A stretch of DNA of 64,000 bases from IMG/VR virus record IMGVR_UViG_3300017766_003232, positions 1 to 64,000 of that record, one strand, 5' to 3'. Below, in pieces: positions 46,576 to 57,923 of this stretch. Source of the stretch: a virus. Its lineage: Duplodnaviria > Caudoviricetes. A model generated the notes under the pieces. That model saw only the letters and a list, made by a program, of their open reading frames with translations. It did not search any database and was not told the DNA's origin. Both the position numbers and the translations under genes were made by a program. The stretch's first letter is position 1. Each line of letters opens with the position of its first letter.

Positions 46576-46881
46576 ATGATGAACAGATATTTCAGAAAAA
46601 AAAGACAAATGATAACAGTTTACGTAGATATTAAAGACAGTTTACTTTTGAAAGCAAAGGATACATCATTTCATGTATTGTTTCATATTATACAACAATC
46701 AGATACTGAAAAGAATATTTGGCATTCTGATTCTGTAAACAAAGATGAAATAATGAGGAAATTACAAATATCCACTCCTAGTTTGGCAAAGCATATTGCA
46801 TCTTTAAAAGAACGAAAACTTATCATACCTGAAGGACAACGAGGAAGATATAAATTAAATATGGAAATATTTACAATTTAA
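46576..46881 (+). CDS. RepL-like winged-HTH protein
   Basis: DEIMRKLQISTPSLAKHIASLKERKLI...RGRYKLN HTH-wing pattern. Confidence 0.7.
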   Translation: MMNRYFRKKRQMITVYVDIKDSLLLKAKDTSFHVLFHIIQQSDTEKNIWHSDSVNKDEIMRKLQISTPSLAKHIASLKERKLIIPEGQRGRYKLNMEIFTI

Positions 46882-46938
46882 TTCGCATTAACTACTGATT
46901 ATTGGGAGATTTTCAGTATAACTTTTTATACAACAAAA

Positions 46939-47310
46939 ATGGGAACAGCAGAAAAACTAAAAGTTGCTAAAGAAATCTTAGCACAAGTATTTATTGATGC
47001 AACAACATCATCGGCAGAATCTGGTTTAATGTTTAAATACAAATCACAACCAGTAGAAACAGAAGAATTCAAAGGATGGACTTTTGATATTATAGTAAAA
47101 GAACCTGCGTATCCTGAAAGAACTATTCAGCAGTTTAGATACCAAAGACCAAATAACATTGATGCTAAAAACATGGAGTATCATGTTGTAATTGCTGTGT
47201 TAGCACAAATGACACAAAGTGCAATTCTTACCTGGGATCACTTAGGTAAGTTATTAAACACTGATGAGAAGTTACAAAAAGAAGCACTTGAAACAACAAA
47301 AGAAAAATAA
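46939..47310 (+). CDS. Hypothetical protein
   Basis: 123-aa ORF. Confidence 0.65.
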   Translation: MGTAEKLKVAKEILAQVFIDATTSSAESGLMFKYKSQPVETEEFKGWTFDIIVKEPAYPERTIQQFRYQRPNNIDAKNMEYHVVIAVLAQMTQSAILTWDHLGKLLNTDEKLQKEALETTKEK

Positions 47311-47839
47311 CATGGTTACTAAACTCATACCAATACCTTCTAACGATAATAAAATTTATCGTCAGATATTGGCTGTGTTAAATTTTATTACAGGATTGAC
47401 AGGGCAGGAATTAGATGTCTTGGCAGAAATAATAAAATTAAATCATGAATATATAGCATTACCTTCAGATAAAAGAGCTAAATTTATTCTTAGTACAGAA
47501 ATACGTAAAGAGATGCGTGAAGTATTACAGATTGAAGAAAAAACTTTTAATGGATTAATTGCTAGATTGAAAAAAAAGAAATTCATGGGCACAGCTATTC
47601 TTGATGAGATAGGTATACTACATCAAGATTTATTATTCAGACCTGATGAAGAAGGATTTAAAATTGAAGTACGTTTAAATAAAACACTTGCACCAATAGA
47701 AAATCCTCAAACTAAAGTTTTGGAAGTTAAAGAAAATATAGTAGAACCTGTAAAATCAACTGAGATTCCTGCTGGTAGACCAGAAAACTACAAGGAAGAA
47801 GAACAATTTGATTTTACAATAGCACCTCCTCAACAATGA
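47311..47839 (+). CDS. Putative winged-HTH protein
   Basis: LTGQELDVLAEI...STEIRKEMREVLQIEEKTFNGLIARLKKK; the likely start is MVTKL at 47311 (track call 47264). Confidence 0.55.
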
Positions 47840-48096
47840 CAAGACAGCAAGAAATTATAGAGGAGGTTGCTAAAAAACATGGTATAACAAAATCTCATGC
47901 AAATGAGATTTTTGTTTTATATTGTAGAACTATTCGAAATGAAATTGTAGATTCGTTTAATGATAAAGAAACAAATGAATTTAAAGTTGAAGATGGTAAA
48001 GTAATATCAATAGCAGGTTTTGGTAAAATTGTTCCAAATGAATATGCTATAAAAAGAAAAAACGAATATAAAAATGGCAGCAAACTTAGAAAATAA
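47836..48096 (+). CDS. HU/IHF-like DNA-binding protein
   Basis: QEIIEEVAKKHGITKSHA...VISIAGFGKI; crAss-like phages carry IHF-like genes near terminase. Confidence 0.75.
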   Translation: MTRQQEIIEEVAKKHGITKSHANEIFVLYCRTIRNEIVDSFNDKETNEFKVEDGKVISIAGFGKIVPNEYAIKRKNEYKNGSKLRK

Positions 48097-48595
48097 TTTT
48101 TGGAAAGAATTTCCTGGGATAATCATCCATGAATTATTTAATGATTTATATACATGTGATAAATCAAAAGATAAAGAAAAAAGTTCAAAAATAATGTGGG
48201 CAATTTATCTTGTGATGAATCCTGAATCTAATTTGTATAACGATCCAAATAAAGAGTTATCTGTAAAAAACAACTGGCTAAAAGATAAAACATTTAAATG
48301 GGAAGATTACGAAACGCATAAAAATGCATATCGTGATTTAGTATTATCAACTGCTGAAAAAGCTCTTCAAAATTGGAATGAGTTAATGATTATGCGAGAT
48401 AAAACATTAAAAGAATTATACACAAAAAATTTAGTTGATGGAGATGTAAGTAATCTTGAAAAGTTAGATAAAATTCTTGCAAATACTGCAAAGTTATTTA
48501 ATGATTATTCTAAAATTAAAAAAGAATACGAAGAAGAAAAAACAACTAAAAAAGGAAAATCAATTTCATCATTATCTGATTCAGACGAAATATAA
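48074..48595 (+). CDS. Conserved crAss-like protein upstream of TerL (small terminase candidate)
   Basis: DKSKDKEKSSKIMWAI pattern; coiled-coil C-terminus; position. Confidence 0.5.
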   Translation: MAANLENNFWKEFPGIIIHELFNDLYTCDKSKDKEKSSKIMWAIYLVMNPESNLYNDPNKELSVKNNWLKDKTFKWEDYETHKNAYRDLVLSTAEKALQNWNELMIMRDKTLKELYTKNLVDGDVSNLEKLDKILANTAKLFNDYSKIKKEYEEEKTTKKGKSISSLSDSDEI

Positions 48596-48597
48596 TT

Positions 48598-50775
48598 ATG
48601 TTAATAGAAAATTCAAATTTTAGATTAAAGGAAGTTCCAAATTACCACCCTGAATTGGAATACTATGATCGTATTACATTTTGGGCAGGTGAGAAAAGAA
48701 AATGTATTGAAGGATATTGGGTTTCTGGAAAATGGATGCCTGGTCCTCTATATTACTACGTGAATTTTCATCATATTCTATTTGAAGACGACTCTTCGGT
48801 ATCCCAATCAGTTGGTTTACCTTTTTTGCGTGATATAGATTGGGAATTATTTTTATATTATGAAGAATGTAGAGGATTTTCAGGGTTTGAGCTAGATCCA
48901 ATTTATACTTGTGATAGAAAGTATGGACCAGAATTAGAAACATCATTAAAACTAAAAAGAATCACTCAAGTTGAAGCTGATTCTAAAAAATATGTAAATG
49001 CTCGTGATTATTTACGAATGAATCATGGAAAAAGTCTTGGAAAACCATTATATAAAAACTCAGCAAAACATTTCTTTTCAATTCAAGCAAGGGGATCTGG
49101 AAAAAGTTATTCATCTTCAGGGTTATGTGGACATAATTTTTTATTTGATGGAGCAACTGATTATGATGTTTACTTAGAACAAAAAAAGAAAAAGAAATAC
49201 CTAGCATCTGATACAATTATTGGAGCAATTGATACAAAGTATTCTGCACCATTAATGAAAAAAACAATTACTGCATTTGATTACTATCCTGGTTCTTATA
49301 GAATAGGTGATAATTTTTATCCATCTCCATTGATGGTAACATATTCAGGATCACCTGCACCAAATAAAGATATGACTTCTAAAACAGGTTCATTTCTTAG
49401 ACATAGAACATTTAAAGATAATCCTTTAGCTGCCAATGGTACTCGTCCTAACCTTTGTGTATTAGATGAGGTTGGTTTCCATTACAACATTAAAGAAACT
49501 TGGGGAGCAATTGAAGCAATTCAGCAATCTAAAGAAAAAAAGAATCTTGTTATTTGGGCATTGGGTACAGGAGGTTTAGTTTCTGGTCACGCAGCATTAT
49601 ATGCTGAAAGTATTTTTAGAAATCCTGATGAATACAACTGCATTGCATTTGATGATGAGTTTGAAAATAGAGGACAAATAGGATATTTTGTTCCATATTG
49701 GTTAACGATGAATGAGTTTAAAAAACAACACGTTAATTTAGTTACCGATGAAAAACTTGCTAGAATGGCTGTAGAGTTAAGACGAGAACAGGCAAAAAAA
49801 GCAAATGATCCATCTGTATATCAAACAGAAATTATCAATGGTCCAATGGTTCCATCTGAAGCATTCCTTGTTGTAGAAGGTTCTTACTTTCCTACACTTC
49901 AATTAAAAGAACAATTAGCAGAAGTAGAAAGTGGACAATACCAAAAATATATGGAAGGTTCATTTAAAGGAAAATTGTTATTTGACAATGATGATAAAGT
50001 ATATTTTGAAACTGATCAAAATGCAAGACCAATTAGAAATTATCCATTAACTCGTGGAGAAGATAAAGTTGGATGTGTAGAAGTATGGGTTAAACCACAA
50101 TCAAATGATGAGGGTGTAATACCATACGGAACATATATTGGAGGAATGGACGTTGTTGATAAAGCAAGAGCAACTACAGATTCACTTCCTTCTATTTTTA
50201 TAATGAATAGATATACTCGCCAAATTGTTGCAGAGTATACAGGTCGTACAGATGATCCTAACGATTTCTATGAAATATGTAGAAGATTATTGTTGTACTA
50301 TAGGGCAACTGGAATGTATGAGCAAAACTTACCTGGTTTGTATACTTATTTCTCTCAGAAAAAATGTACATACCTTTTAGCAGATACTCCATATCAATTG
50401 CGAAACTCAGATACTTATAAAGAAGGAACAAATACTTCTAAAGGTGTCAATGCATCAAATACTGTAAATAGTACAGCAAGAGATTTTATTAAATCATGGT
50501 TAAATGAACCTGTTTCTACTAACTCAGAAAAATTAGTATTAAACACAATTTACTCTCCTGCGGCATTAAAAGAATTAATTTCTTGGAATCCACATGGTAA
50601 CTTTGATAGGGTTTCATCATTAGGTATGTTGATGTGGCACGATGCAACAATGTTAAAACAACAAGAAAAAACTAAACAACAAGTACAAGGTTTCTTAGAA
50701 AATTCTTACTTTAGCAACTTGGGAGTATTAAAGAAAAAACCAATGGATACATTATCCACTGATTTTTATAGTTAA
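48598..50775 (+). CDS. terL: Terminase large subunit
   Basis: QARGSGKSY Walker A, VLDEVG Walker B, GTGG, nuclease GGMDVVD, NFDRVSSLGM. Confidence 0.95.
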   Translation: MLIENSNFRLKEVPNYHPELEYYDRITFWAGEKRKCIEGYWVSGKWMPGPLYYYVNFHHILFEDDSSVSQSVGLPFLRDIDWELFLYYEECRGFSGFELDPIYTCDRKYGPELETSLKLKRITQVEADSKKYVNARDYLRMNHGKSLGKPLYKNSAKHFFSIQARGSGKSYSSSGLCGHNFLFDGATDYDVYLEQKKKKKYLASDTIIGAIDTKYSAPLMKKTITAFDYYPGSYRIGDNFYPSPLMVTYSGSPAPNKDMTSKTGSFLRHRTFKDNPLAANGTRPNLCVLDEVGFHYNIKETWGAIEAIQQSKEKKNLVIWALGTGGLVSGHAALYAESIFRNPDEYNCIAFDDEFENRGQIGYFVPYWLTMNEFKKQHVNLVTDEKLARMAVELRREQAKKANDPSVYQTEIINGPMVPSEAFLVVEGSYFPTLQLKEQLAEVESGQYQKYMEGSFKGKLLFDNDDKVYFETDQNARPIRNYPLTRGEDKVGCVEVWVKPQSNDEGVIPYGTYIGGMDVVDKARATTDSLPSIFIMNRYTRQIVAEYTGRTDDPNDFYEICRRLLLYYRATGMYEQNLPGLYTYFSQKKCTYLLADTPYQLRNSDTYKEGTNTSKGVNASNTVNSTARDFIKSWLNEPVSTNSEKLVLNTIYSPAALKELISWNPHGNFDRVSSLGMLMWHDATMLKQQEKTKQQVQGFLENSYFSNLGVLKKKPMDTLSTDFYS

Positions 50776-50780
50776 CTTTG
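50773..50780 (+). promoter_or_regulatory. Host-type -7 promoter upstream of portal
   Basis: TAACTTTG, 25 nt before the portal ATG. Confidence 0.45.
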
Positions 50781-50804
50781 TATTATTTTTATAATTAACA
50801 TATT

Positions 50805-53249
50805 ATGGGTTCAGGACCAACAGCTTCCTTAAAGATGCAAGGATTTATTAGTTTTCCAAGACAGAAATTATCTGATTCTGAAAAAAACGATCATTGGTAT
50901 AGAAAAAATTTAGACTTTGCAGAAAACATTTTAGCATCTAATGTAGGGTTAAGAAATTCTTTTGCTAACAAAAGAACTAATTATAATCTACGTGCAAATT
51001 TAATTAATCCATTAGATTTCCAAAGATTTATAAATCCAGATCAATTAGATTTAGATACATTACCTGCTTCTTTTCAACATATAGGAATAGAAAATACAAA
51101 GATCAATTTGTTGGTTGGGGAATATGCAAAAAGAAAAAATGATTTTCGTGCATACCTATCTGCAAATGATAAAGATGGAATTTCTAGAAAAGAACAAAAA
51201 TTAAAAGACGAATTAGATGAAGAATTAATTGAAATAATTAAAAACACATCTATAACAGAAGAAGAAGTTGCAAAAAGATTAGAATCTTGGAAGCAATATC
51301 AATCATACGACTTTCAAGATATTGCTGAGATTACAGCAAACAAAATTTTAAAGAAAGAATTTAAACAACAAAATTTAGATTTTGAATTCCTTAGAACATT
51401 TGAAGATCTATTAGTTGGAGGTGAAGAAATTGTTTATTGTGGTGTATTAGGTGGAGAACCTGTAATGCGTAGGGTAAATCCAGAAAACCTATTTACATTA
51501 GGTGGACAAACAATGAAAATTGAAGACAGTGATATTATAGTAGAATATGGATATAAATCTGTAGGACAAGTTATTGATGATTACTGGGATGAATTAGAAG
51601 AAGCAGATATTGAATTCTTAGAAACAGGAACAAATGCCAATACAACAAATGCAATTGGTTTAAATCAAAATATTTCTGTTCTTGATAGATTTGGAACTAT
51701 TGATGGTTTAAATATTTTCAAACCAAATGAGATGGGTGCTCGTACATTTGCAGGAGCATTTGATTCAAGAGGAAATGTTCGTGTAATGAAAGTATGTTGG
51801 AGATCTCGTAGAAAGATTGGTAAACTTAAATACTTTGATGAAGATGGGCAAGAACAATACGATTATGTTCCAGAAGATTATAAAGTTAAAAAAGATTTAG
51901 GTGAAGAAGTAAAATGGACTTGGGTAAATGAATGGTTACAAGGGACAAAAATTGCTGACAGTATTGTTGTTGCTACAGGTCCTGTTCCATTTGCATCTAA
52001 ATCATTAGTAAACAAATCTAAAGGTACACCTCCTTATATTGGTTCTGTAAATTCTACTAACGATTATAAAGTACAATCGTTAATGGACATTATGAAACCA
52101 TTAGCATATTCATATGATATTGCTTATTATAAACGTGAATTAGAAATTGCTACATACAAAGGTTCATTTGCAGCAATTAATGCTTCATTAGTTCCTTCTG
52201 GATGGGATCCAAAAGAATGGATTCGTTATATGACTATTAATAAAATAGGTTTCTTAGATCCAACAAATGAGATTTTAAAAGGACCTTCTCAAGGTAAATC
52301 AGCAGGTGCATTTAATACACTTACTGCTACAAACATTAATATTGGTGATCCATCTGCAATTCAAATGTATACTAACTTATTGTTAGACATTGAAAATACA
52401 ATGGGTAAAATTGCTGGTGTAACACAAACAAGAGAAGGACAAATATCAAGTTCTCAAGCTGTAGGAAATACAGAAAGAGAAATGGCACAAACATCTCACA
52501 TTACTGAAAAATGGTTTGCTATAGATGCAAATTTCCGTAAACGTGCAATGACTAAGTTCTTAGAATGTTGTAAATATGCATATAAGAAAAATCCTAAAAA
52601 AGGATATTATATGTTAAATGATATGGAGCAAGTATTGGTTGATAATTTTGATGAGTTTTGTATGTCAGAATTTGATGTTCATATTTCTAATTCTTCTGAA
52701 GATACTCAATTGTATCAAGAAATTAAAGCATTATCTCAGGCAGCAATTCAAAATGGTCAAGCAAAAATTTCAGATCTTATTTCAATTGCTCAATCAGAAT
52801 CTGTACAAGAAGTTCGTATTCGTCTTGAAAAATCTGCTAAAGAATTACAAGAGCAACAAGAGAAAATGAAACAAATGGATATTGAAGCTCAACAACAAAA
52901 TGCTCAATTACAAGCTCAATCTGCTGAAGCACAACGTCAATGGGATGCTCAACAAAATCAATTAGATAGAGAAGTTGAATATGCAAAAATTGAATCTAAT
53001 GAAAAGCTTTCTACTATAAAAGAATTAGGAGCACATACTCGCCATGAGGATATTCTAATGACACAAGATTTAAACAATAACAATAGAGCAGATTATTTAG
53101 ATGATAAAAAGTTAACAATTGATCAAGAACATAAGCAAAATAGTTTACAATTAGATCGTGAAAAACTAGATGAAAGTCGTAGAAAAGCAATGGCTGATGA
53201 ACAAATAAAACGTGAACAATTGAAAAAACAAACATCTAAAGTTAACTAA
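50805..53249 (+). CDS. Portal protein
   Basis: 814 aa directly after TerL; FPRQKL, INLLVGEY, FEDLLVGGEE, VNEWLQG, SLMDIMKP, GVTQTREGQI, long C-terminal coiled coil. Confidence 0.9.
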   Translation: MGSGPTASLKMQGFISFPRQKLSDSEKNDHWYRKNLDFAENILASNVGLRNSFANKRTNYNLRANLINPLDFQRFINPDQLDLDTLPASFQHIGIENTKINLLVGEYAKRKNDFRAYLSANDKDGISRKEQKLKDELDEELIEIIKNTSITEEEVAKRLESWKQYQSYDFQDIAEITANKILKKEFKQQNLDFEFLRTFEDLLVGGEEIVYCGVLGGEPVMRRVNPENLFTLGGQTMKIEDSDIIVEYGYKSVGQVIDDYWDELEEADIEFLETGTNANTTNAIGLNQNISVLDRFGTIDGLNIFKPNEMGARTFAGAFDSRGNVRVMKVCWRSRRKIGKLKYFDEDGQEQYDYVPEDYKVKKDLGEEVKWTWVNEWLQGTKIADSIVVATGPVPFASKSLVNKSKGTPPYIGSVNSTNDYKVQSLMDIMKPLAYSYDIAYYKRELEIATYKGSFAAINASLVPSGWDPKEWIRYMTINKIGFLDPTNEILKGPSQGKSAGAFNTLTATNINIGDPSAIQMYTNLLLDIENTMGKIAGVTQTREGQISSSQAVGNTEREMAQTSHITEKWFAIDANFRKRAMTKFLECCKYAYKKNPKKGYYMLNDMEQVLVDNFDEFCMSEFDVHISNSSEDTQLYQEIKALSQAAIQNGQAKISDLISIAQSESVQEVRIRLEKSAKELQEQQEKMKQMDIEAQQQNAQLQAQSAEAQRQWDAQQNQLDREVEYAKIESNEKLSTIKELGAHTRHEDILMTQDLNNNNRADYLDDKKLTIDQEHKQNSLQLDREKLDESRRKAMADEQIKREQLKKQTSKVN

Positions 53250-53348
53250 TTGCCTTAGAAGAATTAAAAATATAAAGTAATCTACCTAAAACATTTACGT
53301 AGATTGACAAAATAAATGTAATATTGTAACTAATTAAAGACAGCAAAT

Positions 53349-54536
53349 ATGGATGGTTTATTCGAGGGACTTCAAATTATGACACCTCAAGAATTAGAAT
53401 CTAACATTGGTAATGGGAGTTCCAACGCAGAAGATTCACCAGTAGAAACTACAGACTCAAACGATGGATTTGTTATTACTAATCCTTCATTAGAAAATCC
53501 TGTAGAAGATAATGATAAAGAAGAAGAAGAAATAGTTGATTCAAAAACAGTAAAACCTGTTTCAACAGAATCAAATACTTTATCTTCAGATGGGAAAGAA
53601 AAAGTTTATAAAGCATTGATGAAAGAAATGGTAGAGAATGGAATTCTTACTATTGAACAACAAGAAATGCTAGATGAATTACCAGGTACATTGGATTCTA
53701 TTAAATCCGTTTTAGAAGAAACAGTTTCTAAAAAAATGGAAAAGAAACAAGAAGCTTGGAAAAATAGTTTATCAAAAGAAAAAAGAAGGTTCTTAGAAAT
53801 TGAGGATGCTTTTGATTCAGAAGATTTAGCTATTAATATGGCTCAACGATTAGAGTTCTTTGATACAATTGATGAAGATTTATTGAGTGACAATGTAGAT
53901 TTGCAAAAACAAATTTATTTTGAATCATTAAAAGCAAAAGGTTTTTCAGACGAAGAAGCAAATGAAAAAGTACAAGATGCTGATGATTTAGGTAAGTTAG
54001 ATAAGGAAGCAATCAAAGCATTACCTCAATTAAAGAAACAAGCAACTGATGTTGTGAATTCTGCTAGAACAGAAAAGATTCGCAAAACAGAAGAACAAAA
54101 AGAGCAATATAATTTGCAGTTTGAAAATTTAATGAAAACTATTGATACAAAAGAATCATTTATTGATGGTATTAATTTAAATAAAATTGCAAAAGATAAA
54201 CTTAAAGATAATATTGTAAAACCTATTCATACAGATGAAAGTGGAAAGACATATACATCTTTAATGTATAAACAAAAACAAAATGCTGCTGAATTTGAAA
54301 TGTTAATTAACTACTATGATTCTATAGGATTATTTAATATGGATAAATCAGGAAATTTTAAACCAGATATTTCAAAACTTAAAGCTGTTGCAAAAACAAA
54401 AGCTGTAAATGAAATAGATAAAATAATTGCTGCTGATAATGAGAGAGGTGTTGGTAGAAACACATCATTAGATGCATCTGATAAGCAAAAAGGAATTTTT
54501 GATTTATTAGAAAGAGCAATGGGTAGTAAAAAATAA
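53349..54536 (+). CDS. Putative capsid scaffolding protein
   Basis: Acidic disordered N-terminus and helical remainder; lies between portal and MCP. Confidence 0.6.
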   Translation: MDGLFEGLQIMTPQELESNIGNGSSNAEDSPVETTDSNDGFVITNPSLENPVEDNDKEEEEIVDSKTVKPVSTESNTLSSDGKEKVYKALMKEMVENGILTIEQQEMLDELPGTLDSIKSVLEETVSKKMEKKQEAWKNSLSKEKRRFLEIEDAFDSEDLAINMAQRLEFFDTIDEDLLSDNVDLQKQIYFESLKAKGFSDEEANEKVQDADDLGKLDKEAIKALPQLKKQATDVVNSARTEKIRKTEEQKEQYNLQFENLMKTIDTKESFIDGINLNKIAKDKLKDNIVKPIHTDESGKTYTSLMYKQKQNAAEFEMLINYYDSIGLFNMDKSGNFKPDISKLKAVAKTKAVNEIDKIIAADNERGVGRNTSLDASDKQKGIFDLLERAMGSKK

Positions 54537-54570
54537 ATTATTCGTTTAACAATAAAAAACAAAAAACAAA

Positions 54571-56079
54571 ATGGCACAATTACTTCCATTACAAAAGTAT
54601 GAAGCTACAAGTTACAATGGATTGGTTACAGATAACCATTTCCATGCATTGTATCAGCAAAAGCCAGAGTTAATTAGTCAAGTAATCCGAGAGATATACA
54701 AAACTAATTTACAAGGTAAATTACGTGAATTCGTAGATCGTTTTCCAGTAAAAGAAGTAGAACAAGAAAATGGTTTCTACAACTGGATGTTACAAGGTCA
54801 ACATGACAAAAACTTACCATTAGCTGATGCTGAAACTGCATCTGGAGCTTCTATCTCTGCTGGGACATTCCCATCAAACATTGGAGCAAATGGTGAGAGA
54901 TTCTATTTGATCTTTGATGAGCCTTTATTTGAGGAGTCTAACGTATTAAAAGGTGAAAATGATGCTTACCATTACTTAGTGAAAAAAGCAATGGATGCAG
55001 GTTCTCGTTACAAATACGAAGTTGAATTAGTTACATCTAATGCAATTACATCTGTTCCTTCTGAAGAATTGGCTATCGGTATCCGTTTTGCGAAATTCTA
55101 TTCTTTAAGTCCTTCTACTTTATCTTACCAAGGTTCTAAACCTTATTTCACTTCTCCTTGGAGAATGGAAAACAGACCATCTACTTTACGTATGCAATAC
55201 GAAGTTGCTGGTAACACAATTAACAAAGGTGGAAATGAGCCATTAGAATTCGGTTTCTCTTACAAAGGGCAACAAGAAAAAATGTGGATCAACTACCAAG
55301 ATTTAGTTGCTCACCACCAATGTGAAGAAATGTTCGCAAGAATGTTGGTTTATGGTAAGAAAAACTGGACTGCTGATCACCAATACTTGAACAAAGACGA
55401 TAAGACGAAATATGCTATCGAATCAGGTGCTGGATTCTTTGATCAAGTTGCTCCATCTAACGTTCACTACTACAACTCTTATGACCTTGATTGGCATTTA
55501 GGATTGTTATTAGACATGGGTGTTGGTAAAATTGAAAGAGGTAAACGTGTTATCCACTTGTTAACAGGTGAGTTTGGTGCGATTGAAATCTCTAAACAAA
55601 TTCAAGCTAAATCAGGTAAAAACGTAACAATCGTTTCTGATAAATTCTTGACTTACAACTCTCAAGCAGGTAACATCGGTGGTGGAAACACTAAAGGTGC
55701 AATGGAACCTCAGTTTAACATCTACGAATGGTACAATGGTGTTGTAATCAAAGTTGAAATCTTAGATTTCTTTGATGACAATGTTTACTTCCCTCAACAA
55801 CATCCTGATGGATTAGGTTTAGTTGAATCTCACAGAATCTTAGCATTAGATTATGGCGAGGAAGCAGGTATCTACAAAGTTAAACCTAAAGGAGTTCCTG
55901 ATTACAACTGGGGTTATATCCCAGGTATGAGAGATCCATTTACTCCTGGTGGTAAAGGACAACCAAAAATGATTGCATCTCCAATTGATGGGTACGAAGT
56001 ACACTTACAAAAATGGGGTGGTATGATGGTTGAAGATCCAACTAAAATTGTTGACTTACGTTTGTCAGTTAGCAAATAA
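54571..56079 (+). CDS. Major capsid protein (HK97 fold, crAss type)
   Basis: 502 aa; strongly optimal codons; ESGAGFFDQV, TGEFG, GYEVHLQ...GMMVEDP; strong terminator after it. Confidence 0.9.
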   Translation: MAQLLPLQKYEATSYNGLVTDNHFHALYQQKPELISQVIREIYKTNLQGKLREFVDRFPVKEVEQENGFYNWMLQGQHDKNLPLADAETASGASISAGTFPSNIGANGERFYLIFDEPLFEESNVLKGENDAYHYLVKKAMDAGSRYKYEVELVTSNAITSVPSEELAIGIRFAKFYSLSPSTLSYQGSKPYFTSPWRMENRPSTLRMQYEVAGNTINKGGNEPLEFGFSYKGQQEKMWINYQDLVAHHQCEEMFARMLVYGKKNWTADHQYLNKDDKTKYAIESGAGFFDQVAPSNVHYYNSYDLDWHLGLLLDMGVGKIERGKRVIHLLTGEFGAIEISKQIQAKSGKNVTIVSDKFLTYNSQAGNIGGGNTKGAMEPQFNIYEWYNGVVIKVEILDFFDDNVYFPQQHPDGLGLVESHRILALDYGEEAGIYKVKPKGVPDYNWGYIPGMRDPFTPGGKGQPKMIASPIDGYEVHLQKWGGMMVEDPTKIVDLRLSVSK

Positions 56080-56087
56080 AAATAAAA

Positions 56088-56115
56088 AGTCCCTCGGAGC
56101 AAAATCTGAGGGACT
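56088..56115 (+). terminator. Intrinsic terminator after MCP
   Basis: AGTCCCTCGGA-gcaaaa-TCTGAGGGACT followed by ATTTT. Confidence 0.85.
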
Positions 56116-56184
56116 ATTTTAAAAACTTTGTTTACTTTTGTGTAAATAGAAAATTAGTATAAATTGGGAGAAAAAATACAAAAA

Positions 56185-57123
56185 ATGAAAGAGACAGCAA
56201 TAGAAGAAAAAATAGTTTATGGTTCTTTTTTAAGAGATGAAATTGTATCAGTAAAAGCAGTTCCATCTTCAGGAAAATGGTCAAATCTATTAGTAGCAGG
56301 ACAGGACAATAAAAAAGATCCGTTTATCTACAATAAAGTGAAAAGAAGTTACCAAGTACCATTACGTAATTACAGAAATGGTGGAGGTGTTGAAATCATT
56401 TTGGATGATCAACGTAGAGTTTACATTCAAAAATATATGCATACATTCCCTGATGGAATGACAGAAAAAGAGTTCTTTGAAAAAGAAATAGGTGTTAATT
56501 TAAATCCAAATCTACCAAAAGATGAAAACTTCTGGAGAATAGATGGTAGAGGTCGTGTAACATTAGATAAAGAAGGTGTTAAGTTAAACTTAAACAATGC
56601 TTTAGATATGTTGAAATATAAAATCTTATTATCAAATACATCTTTGATTGCTCCTTCTTATGAAGAAAAAGATTTAAAAGCAACATATGAATTTATGTTA
56701 GTTGACGAAGGTAAATTAACAAGTAAAAGAGTTGAAGAAGCAGGAATCAAAGCCAAAGCGTTTACTCAATATTCTATTATCACAGCTACTAAAGAAAAGA
56801 TGATAGGGTTTATTAAAGCGTTAGGTAGAGTAATTCCTTCTACAGCAACTGAAGATTGGTTAAAGTCTGAAATCTTTACTGAAGTAGAAAAAAGTCCAGC
56901 AAATTTTTTATCAATTATTGAGCATCCTCAATACCAAGCTAAAATTTTTGTGCAGAATGCAATTGATGCTGGAGCAATTTTGAAAAAAGGAGATAGAAGA
57001 TATACATTAGATAATGGTGTAGAATTAGGAGATTTAGCTGATGTAATTAATTACTTAGGAAATCCTGAAAACCAAGAAACAAAATTGAGAATAAAAGCAA
57101 GAATTGAACTTGCAAAAAAATAA
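56185..57123 (+). CDS. Conserved crAss-like virion-module protein
   Basis: Follows MCP; LNLNNALDMLKYKIL motif; TACTTTTG promoter at 56133-56140; likely ATG at 56185. Confidence 0.65.
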   Translation: MKETAIEEKIVYGSFLRDEIVSVKAVPSSGKWSNLLVAGQDNKKDPFIYNKVKRSYQVPLRNYRNGGGVEIILDDQRRVYIQKYMHTFPDGMTEKEFFEKEIGVNLNPNLPKDENFWRIDGRGRVTLDKEGVKLNLNNALDMLKYKILLSNTSLIAPSYEEKDLKATYEFMLVDEGKLTSKRVEEAGIKAKAFTQYSIITATKEKMIGFIKALGRVIPSTATEDWLKSEIFTEVEKSPANFLSIIEHPQYQAKIFVQNAIDAGAILKKGDRRYTLDNGVELGDLADVINYLGNPENQETKLRIKARIELAKK

Positions 57124-57140
57124 TATTTAAGTAAACTGCA

Positions 57141-57896
57141 ATGAGTTGGAATGCAAATAAAATGGCTGATGAATTAGAATTAAGACTTGACAGAAGTGAT
57201 AGTTTTGGTTCTCCTGGATACGAAGATTTTGAAATATCTTCTATTCTAACAGAAGCTCAAGATGTTTACGTTAAACAATTTATTAGTGAATTAAATAATA
57301 GAAAAGGAGAAGGTTTTGAAGAAACTGAAATACGAAATCAGGGATTAAGTGCCCTTTTAAAAAGGGGTGCTAATCTTTCGGTTTCAGCAAATCAAACAGA
57401 TGCATTAACGAATGCAAAATTATTTGACCTACCTTTAGACTTTATGTATTGTACTTATGAGGAAGTATTGACTGACAAAAATATGTGTGGAACAACTACT
57501 CCAATAAATGCAAATGTAAAAGTAAAAGGGGAAAATGAATTAAACAGATTATTTAGAAATAAGTATCAAAGACCTTATTGTAAATATGATGAAGCTTTAG
57601 TTTGGAGGTTGACTTATTCAAGAGAAGTAGATGGCTCATTACCTTCTGCTCCTGCTACGAATAAAAGACATCAAATAATTACAGATGGTACATTTAATGT
57701 AATTAACTATTCAATTAATTATCTTAAAAATCCTTCTGAAATTGTTGTTGACAGAAATACTCCTGCAAATCAATTAAACTGCATCTTAGATGCTTCAACA
57801 CATACTGTAATAGTTGATATGGCAGTTGGGTTAATGATGAGTAGAGTAAAAGAACAAAGAGTAATTAATGGTCAAAGTGCCAAAGATTTAGAATAA
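57141..57896 (+). CDS. Head-tail ring/adaptor protein
   Basis: PGYEDFEISSILTEAQ...YLKNP...CILD..HTVIVDMAV pattern; synteny with crAss ring proteins. Confidence 0.65.
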   Translation: MSWNANKMADELELRLDRSDSFGSPGYEDFEISSILTEAQDVYVKQFISELNNRKGEGFEETEIRNQGLSALLKRGANLSVSANQTDALTNAKLFDLPLDFMYCTYEEVLTDKNMCGTTTPINANVKVKGENELNRLFRNKYQRPYCKYDEALVWRLTYSREVDGSLPSAPATNKRHQIITDGTFNVINYSINYLKNPSEIVVDRNTPANQLNCILDASTHTVIVDMAVGLMMSRVKEQRVINGQSAKDLE

Positions 57897-57923
57897 ATAG
57901 TAATAATTAAAAATTAAACCAAA

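Noticed and set aside
33302-50775. Inteins or self-splicing introns in polB or terL
   Set aside because: Both genes are of ordinary length with uninterrupted motifs, and I see no LAGLIDADG or intein termini.
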